NCBI GenBank assembly: GCA_024234265.1
Contig: JACKOM010000002.1
Coordinates: forward strand, 47,491 to 71,490
Direction of reading: 5' to 3'
Length of the DNA stretch: 24,000 nt
Origin: Oceanospirillaceae bacterium
GTDB taxonomy: Bacteria; Pseudomonadota; Gammaproteobacteria; Pseudomonadales; Oceanobacteraceae
In this document: piece by piece, positions 16,701 to 24,000 of the stretch
Position numbering within the stretch: position 1 is the first letter of the stretch
Layout: the number at the start of each line of letters is the position of its first letter
Notes under the pieces: model-generated
What the model was told of the DNA's origin: nothing
What the model saw: the letters and a program-made list of their open reading frames with translations, nothing else
Databases searched by the model: none
Translations under genes and position numbers: made by a program

Positions 16701-18589
16701 GATCTGTGCCGTGGGTGTTGTGCCCTAGGCCACAACACAGCGGTTACGCCCGCGCGGTAGAGGGCGCTGTCCGCCAGGGCAATAAATTCTTCCCGGCTGT
16801 CGGGATTATCTTCAGTGATCACTGTGCAGTGCACCCCAATACTCACGGTGAATTTCAGGGTTTGCCCTTGCCACTGCACGTTGTGCAGTTCGACTTCACG
16901 GCGAATACCTTCCGCAATGTTAAGAGCCGCATGTCCGTGGGTGTTGGGCATAATGATGGCAAATTCTTCCCCGCCAAAACGGCAGCAGGCATCGTGGCGG
17001 CGGCTGGCACTTTCCAGTAATAAATCCGCAAGCGCCTGCAAACACGCATCCCCTGCCTGGTGGCCGTAGGTATCGTTAAAGGTTTTAAAGTGATCGATAT
17101 CCAGCAGCACTAACGCCAGCGGAGTTTTATCACGCTGTGAGCGGTTGGATTCAGCGGCAAAATATTCATCAAATGCACGGCGGTTGAGCAGGCCGGTTAA
17201 ACCATCGGTGAGGCTTAAATCTTTTAATTGTTCATTCAAAATCGACAGGGAATTAAGCGCGTCTTCCAATTCTTCGGTGCGTTTTTTCACCATGGATTCG
17301 AGGTTGCGGTTGGCTTCTTTCTCAATATGCAGGGCATGTTGCTGGGCCTGGTAGGTTTTTTCTTTTTCTTCGGCAACTTGTATCGCCATGCGCAGGGCGC
17401 TGTTCTGGGCTGTGAGGGATTCTTTTTTAGCGTTAACCATGCGTTCAGCAAGCGCCAGGGATAAAAACATGACCTCAAGGGCTGCACCCAGTTGAATCGC
17501 GTTTTCGGTGAAAAAATTACGCGGCACCAGGCTGAATTTATTCAACACAATTAATAAACCACCCACCAGAAAAATGCCCCACGCCAAGCTGAAATAACGT
17601 GCCGCCGGGTGGCCTCTGCGCAGCATCACGCTGACAATAAAAATCATCATAATGCAGGCAAAAAAACCACTGCCGGCGGTGATGCGAATGCTGACATGGT
17701 AAGGCAAAAAGAAACAGGCGACGGCCATGACAGCATAAAAACCGCCAAAAATACTTGCCGCGTAATAACTGGCCCTATGGGTATTTTTCAGATCAAAAAA
17801 GGCAATTGCAAAACGGGAAATAAACGTCGCAAATGCTGAAATGGAAAACGGAATTATAAACTCATTAATGTGCGGACTTTGTGGCCAGAAAATCTGAAAA
17901 CCAATGCCTTGCATGGCCAGCTGAAAAATCGCGAACATGGATATGTAACACACGTAAAAAATATATACGGGGTCCCGTTCTCCAAACCATACAAACAAGT
18001 TATAGAGCGCCATGATGAAAATAATGCCAAAAAATAACCCCTGCCCCAGGTAATGGTGCTGGGCGTTGCTGGCCAGCTCCGGCCAGTGCCACAGCGTAAC
18101 AGGCAGTTGCACGGCACTTTCAGTTTGTACGTGGATCAGCACCTGATAATCGTGTTGCGGATTAAGGCGCAGGGGGAAAATGAAATTTGGATAGCGGATC
18201 GGACGCTGCGAAAAAGCATGTTTGTCGCCGGTATTGTACTGGCTGACGCGAATGTTGTTTTCATCAAACAGATAAACATCCAGATAATCAAGCAGGGGGT
18301 AAGCTATCTCCAGCGCCCAGTTTTCCCCCTTATTGCTGTTGTTGCTGAGATGCATGCGCAGCCAGTAGTGGCTGGTATCAAAACCGAAGTTGATGGTTTC
18401 CCCGGTCACGGGTTGCCAGTCCTGGAGCTTCAGCAGTTCTTCTGGCAAGAGGCTGCCATCTTCGGTGCGGATATATTCGATGTGCTCCTGCAGGCTGTAA
18501 TAGCGCCCGTGCGCTGGCTCCAGCGGTGTCAGGGCATTACCGCTGCTGCAGAACACAACAAAAAACAGATTTATCAGAAAGCGATACAT
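16670..18589 (-). CDS. Membrane diguanylate cyclase: 7TMR-DISMED2 periplasmic domain, 7TMR-DISM seven-TM module, coiled coil and GGDEF
   Basis: The N-terminal signal, periplasmic domain (FGFDTSHYWLRMHL...) and seven TM helices are typical of 7TMR-DISM. GGDEF domain with active-site GGEEF (about 16962-16976) and an RRHD (RxxD) I-site. ATG 18589 is preferred to TTG 18595. The 3' end overlaps folA by 31 nt and may be frameshifted (see findings). Confidence 0.85.
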   Translation of the reverse strand: MYRFLINLFFVVFCSSGNALTPLEPAHGRYYSLQEHIEYIRTEDGSLLPEELLKLQDWQPVTGETINFGFDTSHYWLRMHLSNNSNKGENWALEIAYPLLDYLDVYLFDENNIRVSQYNTGDKHAFSQRPIRYPNFIFPLRLNPQHDYQVLIHVQTESAVQLPVTLWHWPELASNAQHHYLGQGLFFGIIFIMALYNLFVWFGERDPVYIFYVCYISMFAIFQLAMQGIGFQIFWPQSPHINEFIIPFSISAFATFISRFAIAFFDLKNTHRASYYAASIFGGFYAVMAVACFFLPYHVSIRITAGSGFFACIMMIFIVSVMLRRGHPAARYFSLAWGIFLVGGLLIVLNKFSLVPRNFFTENAIQLGAALEVMFLSLALAERMVNAKKESLTAQNSALRMAIQVAEEKEKTYQAQQHALHIEKEANRNLESMVKKRTEELEDALNSLSILNEQLKDLSLTDGLTGLLNRRAFDEYFAAESNRSQRDKTPLALVLLDIDHFKTFNDTYGHQAGDACLQALADLLLESASRRHDACCRFGGEEFAIIMPNTHGHAALNIAEGIRREVELHNVQWQGQTLKFTVSIGVHCTVITEDNPDSREEFIALADSALYRAGVTAVLWPRAQHPRHRSYALSYTTKL

Positions 18590-18691
18590 GAACAACCTGA
18601 TCTATGGCCTATATTGAATGCTAGGTTGGATGATACACATGTCAAAAAATGCCCCTGCGCAACCGGCAGTGGCCTGTTTCCAGGGAAACAC

Positions 18692-20530
18692 ATGGGTCAG
18701 CTTACACAAACATTACTGCGTCTGCGTTGGCCGCTGTGGCTGCTGTGGCTGGGCTTATCTGTCTGTTCCGTGTTTTTGTATTGGTTTGAGTTAAAAGCCA
18801 CCGCCCTGACCCTGATATCCTCCGGTTACCTGCTGACCCTGCTGCTGTTTGCGGTGCGCCGTCTGACCGCATCCCACCTGATGATTGAAGAGCAAATTCT
18901 CGCCCATGTGGATGATGTGATTTTGCTGGTCGACCATAAGGGCATTATTCAGTACACCAATCAGGCGGTGACCTCCATGCTGGGTTATAAACCTGAGCAA
19001 CTGATAGGTCAGGCGGTGGAAATCATGGCCCCGGAAGGTATGCGGCGGCATCACCCAGCTTTGCGCCAGCTGTTCCACTCCAGCCGTGGCCGCGTCAGCA
19101 TGCGTAATACCGTGTCTGTAGTATGCCAGGATGGCAGTGTGATTCAGGCGGATATCCGCCTGCGTTCGGTTGAGTTGAATGGCCAGCCACTGGTGTTATG
19201 TGCTATTCGCAGCGTGGATGGTTATATCGCCGAAAACAAACGTCTCAGTCAGGAACGAAATACCTATTTTGAATCCTTCGACCGTGCCGCAGTGGGTATT
19301 GCCCATGTCACACTGGGCGGGCGTTTTATGCGGGTGAATCAGTACCTGGTGGATTTTTTGGGTTACAGTCGCGAGCAAATTGAGACCCTGAATTTCCAGG
19401 AAATTACCCACCCCGATGATCTGGATACCGATCTCAAATACGTCAGTGCCCTGTTGGCCGGCAATTTAAAATTTTATTCGATGGATAAACGTTATCTGAA
19501 TGCTCAGCATAATTACGTGTGGATGCATCTGACCGTTACCCTGGTGCGCGATGATCAGCAAAATCCAAAATATTTTATTTCGGTGATTGATGATATTTCC
19601 GCACAAAAGGCCACAGAATCTATGCTGGCCTTCACCGAGAAAAAATTCCTCTCTGCTGTGGAGGGGCTGTCGAACCGCGCCATGATGTGGATGGCGACAC
19701 CGTCATTGAAACAAATGGTGTATGTGAATTGCGGTTACGAAACCATCTGGGAAGATACCCGTCAGAATTTGTATAAAAATCCCATGGCATTTCTGGAAAT
19801 GGTGCATGAAGAAGATAAAGCCCGGGTTTATGAAGAATTATTCCGCATGCAGCACGCCAGCTGGAAAATTCAGTATCGTATTGTAACTGCCAGTGGGCAC
19901 CTCAAACATATTCAGGATGAAGGTCAGGGTATTTACGATAATGAAGGTCGTCTGGAATTTTTAATTGGCACCGCATTTGATATTACAGCGCAAATTAAAA
20001 AAGAGCAGGAAACGGCGCGCCTGCTCACCGAACTTGCCCTGGCGAATCAGCGTCTGGAAAATACCGCATCCCGTGATGGTTTAACCGGCCTGATGAACCG
20101 CCACTACATCGAAGAAGAATTACGCAAAGATTTATTGTTGTATAAACGTTATGGCACCCCCTCAACCATCGTTTTTATTGACCTGAATAAATTTAAACAG
20201 GTTAACGATAAATTCGGGCACCAGGCAGGGGATAAGGTGCTGGTGGCTTTTGCAGCGGCAATGACCAAATTTACCCGCAATACCGATGTGGCAGCCCGTT
20301 ACGGTGGTGATGAATTTTTAATTTTGCTGCGTAATACCAGTGCCGACCAGGCACAGGAATTTATTGACCGTAATTGTATGGAGCCAGTTGTCACATCCCT
20401 TGGGCAGAATATTTACAATATTGAATATTCAGTGGGTTTGAGTACCCTCACGGACGGTATAAACAGTATTGAAGAATGGCTCGAATATTCGGATGAAAAA
20501 ATGTACGAGCATAAAAAAAGCGGGCGTTAA
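18692..20530 (+). CDS. Membrane-anchored PAS-PAS-PAS-GGDEF diguanylate cyclase
   Basis: From ATG 18692 (GGGA SD): two TM helices and three PAS-like blocks (for example GIIQYTNQAVTSMLGYKPEQLIG, VGIAHVTLGGRFMRVNQYLVDFLGYSREQI, MVYVNCGYETIWEDTRQNL). GGDEF at 20303-20317 is preceded by the RNTD I-site. The upstream 213 codons of the tracked ORF (18053-) are antisense to the neighbouring gene. Confidence 0.85.
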   Translation: MGQLTQTLLRLRWPLWLLWLGLSVCSVFLYWFELKATALTLISSGYLLTLLLFAVRRLTASHLMIEEQILAHVDDVILLVDHKGIIQYTNQAVTSMLGYKPEQLIGQAVEIMAPEGMRRHHPALRQLFHSSRGRVSMRNTVSVVCQDGSVIQADIRLRSVELNGQPLVLCAIRSVDGYIAENKRLSQERNTYFESFDRAAVGIAHVTLGGRFMRVNQYLVDFLGYSREQIETLNFQEITHPDDLDTDLKYVSALLAGNLKFYSMDKRYLNAQHNYVWMHLTVTLVRDDQQNPKYFISVIDDISAQKATESMLAFTEKKFLSAVEGLSNRAMMWMATPSLKQMVYVNCGYETIWEDTRQNLYKNPMAFLEMVHEEDKARVYEELFRMQHASWKIQYRIVTASGHLKHIQDEGQGIYDNEGRLEFLIGTAFDITAQIKKEQETARLLTELALANQRLENTASRDGLTGLMNRHYIEEELRKDLLLYKRYGTPSTIVFIDLNKFKQVNDKFGHQAGDKVLVAFAAAMTKFTRNTDVAARYGGDEFLILLRNTSADQAQEFIDRNCMEPVVTSLGQNIYNIEYSVGLSTLTDGINSIEEWLEYSDEKMYEHKKSGR

Positions 20531-20542
20531 GCCCGCTTTTTT
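20513..20542. terminator. Bidirectional Rho-independent terminator shared by the PAS-GGDEF gene and ilvD
   Basis: AAAAAAA-GCGGGC-gttaa-GCCCGC-TTTTTT: a GC stem flanked by an A-run and a T-run. The TAA stop of the PAS-GGDEF gene sits in the loop. The ilvD stop is at 20563 on the other strand. Confidence 0.8.
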
Positions 20543-20562
20543 ATTGCCGGAGATTAAAACAA

Positions 20563-22401
20563 TTAATCATCCAGCAGGGTTTTATCACGCACTGCACCGC
20601 GGTCCGCACTGGTGGCGAATTTCGCGTAGGCTTTCAGTGCATAACTCACTTTGCGTGGGCGTTGCTCGGCAGGTTTCCAGCCTTTTTTGTCCTGTTCCAC
20701 ACGGCGTGCGGCCAGTTCGGCATCGCTGATTTCCACGTTAATGCTGCGGTTGGGGATGTCGATTAAAATCGAATCACCGTTTTTCAGTAAACCAATTGCA
20801 CCACCGGAAGCGGCTTCTGGAGAAGCGTGGCCAATGGATAAACCGGAGGTACCACCGGAGAAACGGCCGTCGGTTAACAGCGCACACTCTTTACCCAGAC
20901 CTTTGGATTTCAGATAAGAGGTTGGGTAGAGCATTTCCTGCATGCCCGGGCCGCCTTTCGGGCCTTCGTAACGGATAATGACCACGTGGCCGGGTTTCAC
21001 TTCATCGGCCAGAATGCCTTTTACGGCGGCGTCCTGACTTTCGAAAATAATTGCGGTGCCACGGAAGGTTAAAATGGATTCATCCACACCGGCGGTTTTC
21101 ACCACACAACCATCCAGGGCGATGTTGCCTTTTAATACGGCGAGGCCACCTTCTTTGGAATAGGCGTGTTCCAGGCTGCGGATACAACCGTTTTCACGGT
21201 CGCCGTCCAACGTTGGCCAGCGGGTGGACTGGCTGAAGGCGGTCTGGGTTGGAATACCGGCAGGGCCCGCTTTGTAGAACTGAATAACCGCTTCACTTGG
21301 GTTACGCATGATGTCCCACTGGTTTAAGGCTTCTTCCATGGTGCGGCTGTGTACGGTCGGCACTTCACGGTGTAATAAACCGGCGCGGTCGATTTCACCC
21401 AGAATACCCATGATGCCACCGGCGCGGTGCACGTCTTCCATGTGATATTTCGGTGAGTTCGGCGCTACTTTACACAGCTGTGGCACAACGCGGGACAGGC
21501 GGTCGATGTCTTCCAGATCGAAGTCCACTTCTGCTTCCTGGGCGGCAGCCAGCAAGTGCAGGATGGTATTGGTGGAACCACCCATCACGATGTCGAGGGT
21601 CATGGCGTTTTCAAACGCTTTGAAACTGGCGATGCTGCGTGGCAGTACGGAGGCATCGTCCTGCTCGTAATAACGTTTGGTGTTTTCCACGATCAGGCGG
21701 CCAGCTTCGAGGAACAGCTGCTCACGGTCACTGTGGGTGGCCAGGGCAGAACCGTTACCGGGCAGGGCCAAACCTAAGGCTTCTGTCAGGCAGTTCATGG
21801 AGTTAGCGGTGAACATACCGGAGCAGGAACCACAGGTCGGGCAGGCGCTGCGCTCGTATTCTTTTACTTTTTCATCGCTGGCTTTGTCGTCCACGGCGAT
21901 AACCATGGCGTCTACCAGATCGAGCTTGTGCTCGGATAATTTGGTTTTACCGGCTTCCATCGGGCCGCCGGAAACAAATACCACGGGGATGTTCAGGCGC
22001 AGGGCGGCCATCAGCATACCGGGGGTGATTTTGTCGCAGTTGGAAATACACACCATAGCGTCGGCGCAGTGGGCGTTAACCATGTATTCCACGGAGTCGG
22101 CGATCACTTCACGGCTTGGCAGGCTGTAGAGCATACCGTCGTGGCCCATGGCGATACCGTCGTCCACGGCGATGGTATTGAATTCTTTGGCAACACCACC
22201 GGCTTTTTCGATTTCACGGGCAACCAGCTGGCCTAAATCTTTGAGGTGCACGTGGCCAGGCACAAACTGGGTGAAGCTGTTTACAACGGCAATGATAGGT
22301 TTCTGGAAATCGTCATCCTTCATGCCGGTGGCGCGCCACAGGGCACGGGCACCCGCCATATTGCGGCCGGCGGTGGAGGTCTTGGAACGGTACACAGGCA
22401 T
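20563..22401 (-). CDS. ilvD: Dihydroxy-acid dehydratase
   Basis: 612 aa. [32 protein letters not shown]..., the [12 protein letters not shown] Fe-S motif, and [29 protein letters not shown] 7 nt upstream. Confidence 0.95.
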   Translation of the reverse strand: MPVYRSKTSTAGRNMAGARALWRATGMKDDDFQKPIIAVVNSFTQFVPGHVHLKDLGQLVAREIEKAGGVAKEFNTIAVDDGIAMGHDGMLYSLPSREVIADSVEYMVNAHCADAMVCISNCDKITPGMLMAALRLNIPVVFVSGGPMEAGKTKLSEHKLDLVDAMVIAVDDKASDEKVKEYERSACPTCGSCSGMFTANSMNCLTEALGLALPGNGSALATHSDREQLFLEAGRLIVENTKRYYEQDDASVLPRSIASFKAFENAMTLDIVMGGSTNTILHLLAAAQEAEVDFDLEDIDRLSRVVPQLCKVAPNSPKYHMEDVHRAGGIMGILGEIDRAGLLHREVPTVHSRTMEEALNQWDIMRNPSEAVIQFYKAGPAGIPTQTAFSQSTRWPTLDGDRENGCIRSLEHAYSKEGGLAVLKGNIALDGCVVKTAGVDESILTFRGTAIIFESQDAAVKGILADEVKPGHVVIIRYEGPKGGPGMQEMLYPTSYLKSKGLGKECALLTDGRFSGGTSGLSIGHASPEAASGGAIGLLKNGDSILIDIPNRSINVEISDAELAARRVEQDKKGWKPAEQRPRKVSYALKAYAKFATSADRGAVRDKTLLDD

Positions 22402-22626
22402 GTTCAGTCCTTATGTGTGCGCGGAAAAAAAGTGGCGTGAATTGTAGCAGATGTTGCCAGCCGGACGCTAAGACCTGAGGTGACTTACCAAAACGGCCGT
22501 TATCTCCCCCGCATGGGTTTAGGGTTGGCGGATAAAATCCCGTGTTTGTCCCTAATCGCCCTTAATTTTATTGCGCTTTTACCCCTATGCTGGTGACCCG
22601 CCCATAACAATAAAAAAGGATTACCC

Positions 22627-24000
22627 ATGTTGCGCCGTTTGCCCATGATGCACTGCCTGATAGGCCTTTTATTGTGCAGTGTGCAGCCCTTTGCCGAAGC
22701 GGATTATTATTCGAGCTGGCAAAATCTGGCCCTGCAAAAACAAAATAAACTCGATATTAATCTGCCCCTCGGGCAAGCCAGTTTTTTATATACCCACAAT
22801 AGTTTTAACAGCAGCGCCTACGCCAATTTAGGCAGTTATTGGGACCCTAACCACGAACTGCCACTTGTCGGGCAATTGGATATGGGCGTGCGTGCGATCG
22901 AGCTGGATATTCACTGGACGGCAACCGACAGCGGCAACAAACAAATTCAGTTGTGCCATGGCACAAATGATCACACGGGTTGCAGTATTTTCGACCGGCG
23001 TTTTGCCGATGGCATTAAAGAGGTGAACAGCTGGCTGCGCCAGAGCCAGAACCGTCAGGAAGTGCTGATGATTTATCTGGAAGATCACTTAGATGGCCAT
23101 TACAACGACGCGATTAATATCATGCAGCAGTATTTTGCCGAGCTGGTGTATAAACCCGCCGGTTGCCAGGGCATTCCGCAAAATATCAGCAAGGCCGATG
23201 TGCTCGCGGCGGGTAAACAGGTGCTGCTGATCGGTGGCAATTGCGCCACCAGCAACTGGAGCAATTATGTGTTTAACGGTGTGTGGCCCACAAAAAACGG
23301 CAGCTTCAGCGGTTATCCAACCTGTACTGTGGATGGCATGTCGGCAGAACAGGTTAAAAATAAACTGGTGCGTATTTATGAAGATTCCACCAATTTAACT
23401 GAATGGTTTGGCGATCATAATCAAACTATCACCTCGCAGGTGATGGCCGATGCCGTGAAATGTGGCCTGGGCATAGTCGGCGCAGAACCCTTAACTGAAT
23501 ACGACAGCCGCATGGCGGCGGCGATCTGGTCGTGGGCCGAAGGTGAGCCAAACAATTACAACGGTAATGAAAATTGCGCGGTATTAAATGGCAACGGCCG
23601 TTTTAATGATGTGAATTGTGAAAATGCCTACGCCTTTGCCTGTTTTGATAAAAACACAGCTGACTGGCGCATCAGCCAGCAAAAATCCGCGTGGATAAAT
23701 GGCGAACCAATCTGTCAGGCAGAATTTGGCAGTACCTATCATTTTGAAGTGCCACGCCGCGCACCGCAGAATCTGGATTTAATTGCACGCCGTGCGCAAA
23801 GTGGCCGTGCTGCTGAGACTGTGTATTTAAATTACGATGATCAGGAGCAGGAAGCTAACTGGTTGCCCAATGATTACCCCGCATTAAATCCCCAGACTAA
23901 TCCGGTGGTGTGGCGCAAATTATTAAATGACAAAGGCAAGTGCCTGGATCTGCAAGGCCGCAAAACCCATAACGGTAATGAAATCCACCAGTGGAGTTGC
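22627..24000 (+). CDS. Secreted multidomain protein (3' end off the window): PLC-X-like phosphodiesterase, C-type-lectin-like segment and start of a ricin-B (beta-trefoil) lectin
   Basis: Not in the supplied ORF track because it has no stop in the window. I translated 458 uninterrupted codons by hand from ATG 22627 (AAGGA SD upstream). Signal peptide MLRRLPMMHCLIGLLLCSVQPFAEA. PLC-X motifs FLYTHNSFN and GVRAIELDIHW...IQLCHG. C-type lectin motif WSWAEGEPNNYNGNENCAVLNGNGRFNDVNCENAYAFACF. Ricin-type KCLDLQGRKTHNGNEIHQWSC at the window edge. Confidence 0.75.
   Translation, partial: MLRRLPMMHCLIGLLLCSVQPFAEADYYSSWQNLALQKQNKLDINLPLGQASFLYTHNSFNSSAYANLGSYWDPNHELPLVGQLDMGVRAIELDIHWTATDSGNKQIQLCHGTNDHTGCSIFDRRFADGIKEVNSWLRQSQNRQEVLMIYLEDHLDGHYNDAINIMQQYFAELVYKPAGCQGIPQNISKADVLAAGKQVLLIGGNCATSNWSNYVFNGVWPTKNGSFSGYPTCTVDGMSAEQVKNKLVRIYEDSTNLTEWFGDHNQTITSQVMADAVKCGLGIVGAEPLTEYDSRMAAAIWSWAEGEPNNYNGNENCAVLNGNGRFNDVNCENAYAFACFDKNTADWRISQQKSAWINGEPICQAEFGSTYHFEVPRRAPQNLDLIARRAQSGRAAETVYLNYDDQEQEANWLPNDYPALNPQTNPVVWRKLLNDKGKCLDLQGRKTHNGNEIHQWSC

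Noticed and set aside
18053-18691. The first 213 codons of the tracked 825-aa ORF (18053..20530 +).
   Set aside because: This part is antisense to the well-supported 7TMR-DISM GGDEF gene and has no domain-like sequence. The recognisable protein (TM anchor, PAS, GGDEF) begins at ATG 18692, which has an SD.
22828-23088. Tracked 86-aa ORF on the minus strand.
   Set aside because: It lies entirely inside, and antisense to, the 458-codon open frame that encodes recognisable PLC-X motifs.
1-24000. Search for a defence island, prophage, toxin-antitoxin pair, CRISPR array, tRNA/rRNA genes or insertion sequences.
   Set aside because: No direct-repeat or spacer periodicity, no tRNA-like sequence, and no integrase, transposase, nuclease or ATPase-type ORFs were found. 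Every ORF above about 150 aa is accounted for by housekeeping, signalling or envelope functions. Base composition is visibly uneven between genes, but I could not delimit an island by eye.

Overview
This window reads as core chromosome of a gammaproteobacterium. The taxon is an inference from gene content and synteny; the ricin/CBM13-type secreted protein and the many c-di-GMP genes fit a Cellvibrio/Pseudomonas-like lineage, but I cannot confirm that. I call 20 protein-coding genes. I find no rRNA, tRNA, CRISPR array, transposase, integrase, phage gene or recognisable defence module.

The backbone is housekeeping:
- UbiH-family monooxygenase (5'-truncated by the window), an HDOD protein and rlmI.
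- Imelysin-like lipoprotein plus HAD-IB hydrolase, divergent from rppH-ptsP.
- mepK(ycbK)-ldtD(ycbB) peptidoglycan pair and an NRDE/TANGO2-family protein.
- TauE-lgt-thyA, a GGDEF*-EAL protein and folA.
- Two divergent diguanylate cyclases, then ilvD.

E. coli keeps rppH-ptsP-lgt-thyA contiguous. Here mepK-ldtD, NRDE and TauE sit between ptsP and lgt.

I did not find a convincing multi-gene undescribed system. The points worth a second look are:
1. An open-ended ORF at the right edge (22627 to beyond 24000) that the supplied ORF track omits. It encodes a secreted PLC-X-like phosphodiesterase fused to C-type-lectin-like (EPN motif) and ricin-B lectin sequence.
2. Two long, heavily self-complementary intergenic elements (2929-3192 and 11571-11926).
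3. A perfect 19-bp-stem hairpin between thyA and a degenerate-GGDEF/intact-EAL gene wedged between thyA and folA.
4. A possible 1-nt frameshift at the 3' end of the 7TMR-DISM diguanylate cyclase.

All functional calls rest on motif recognition by eye. No searches were run.
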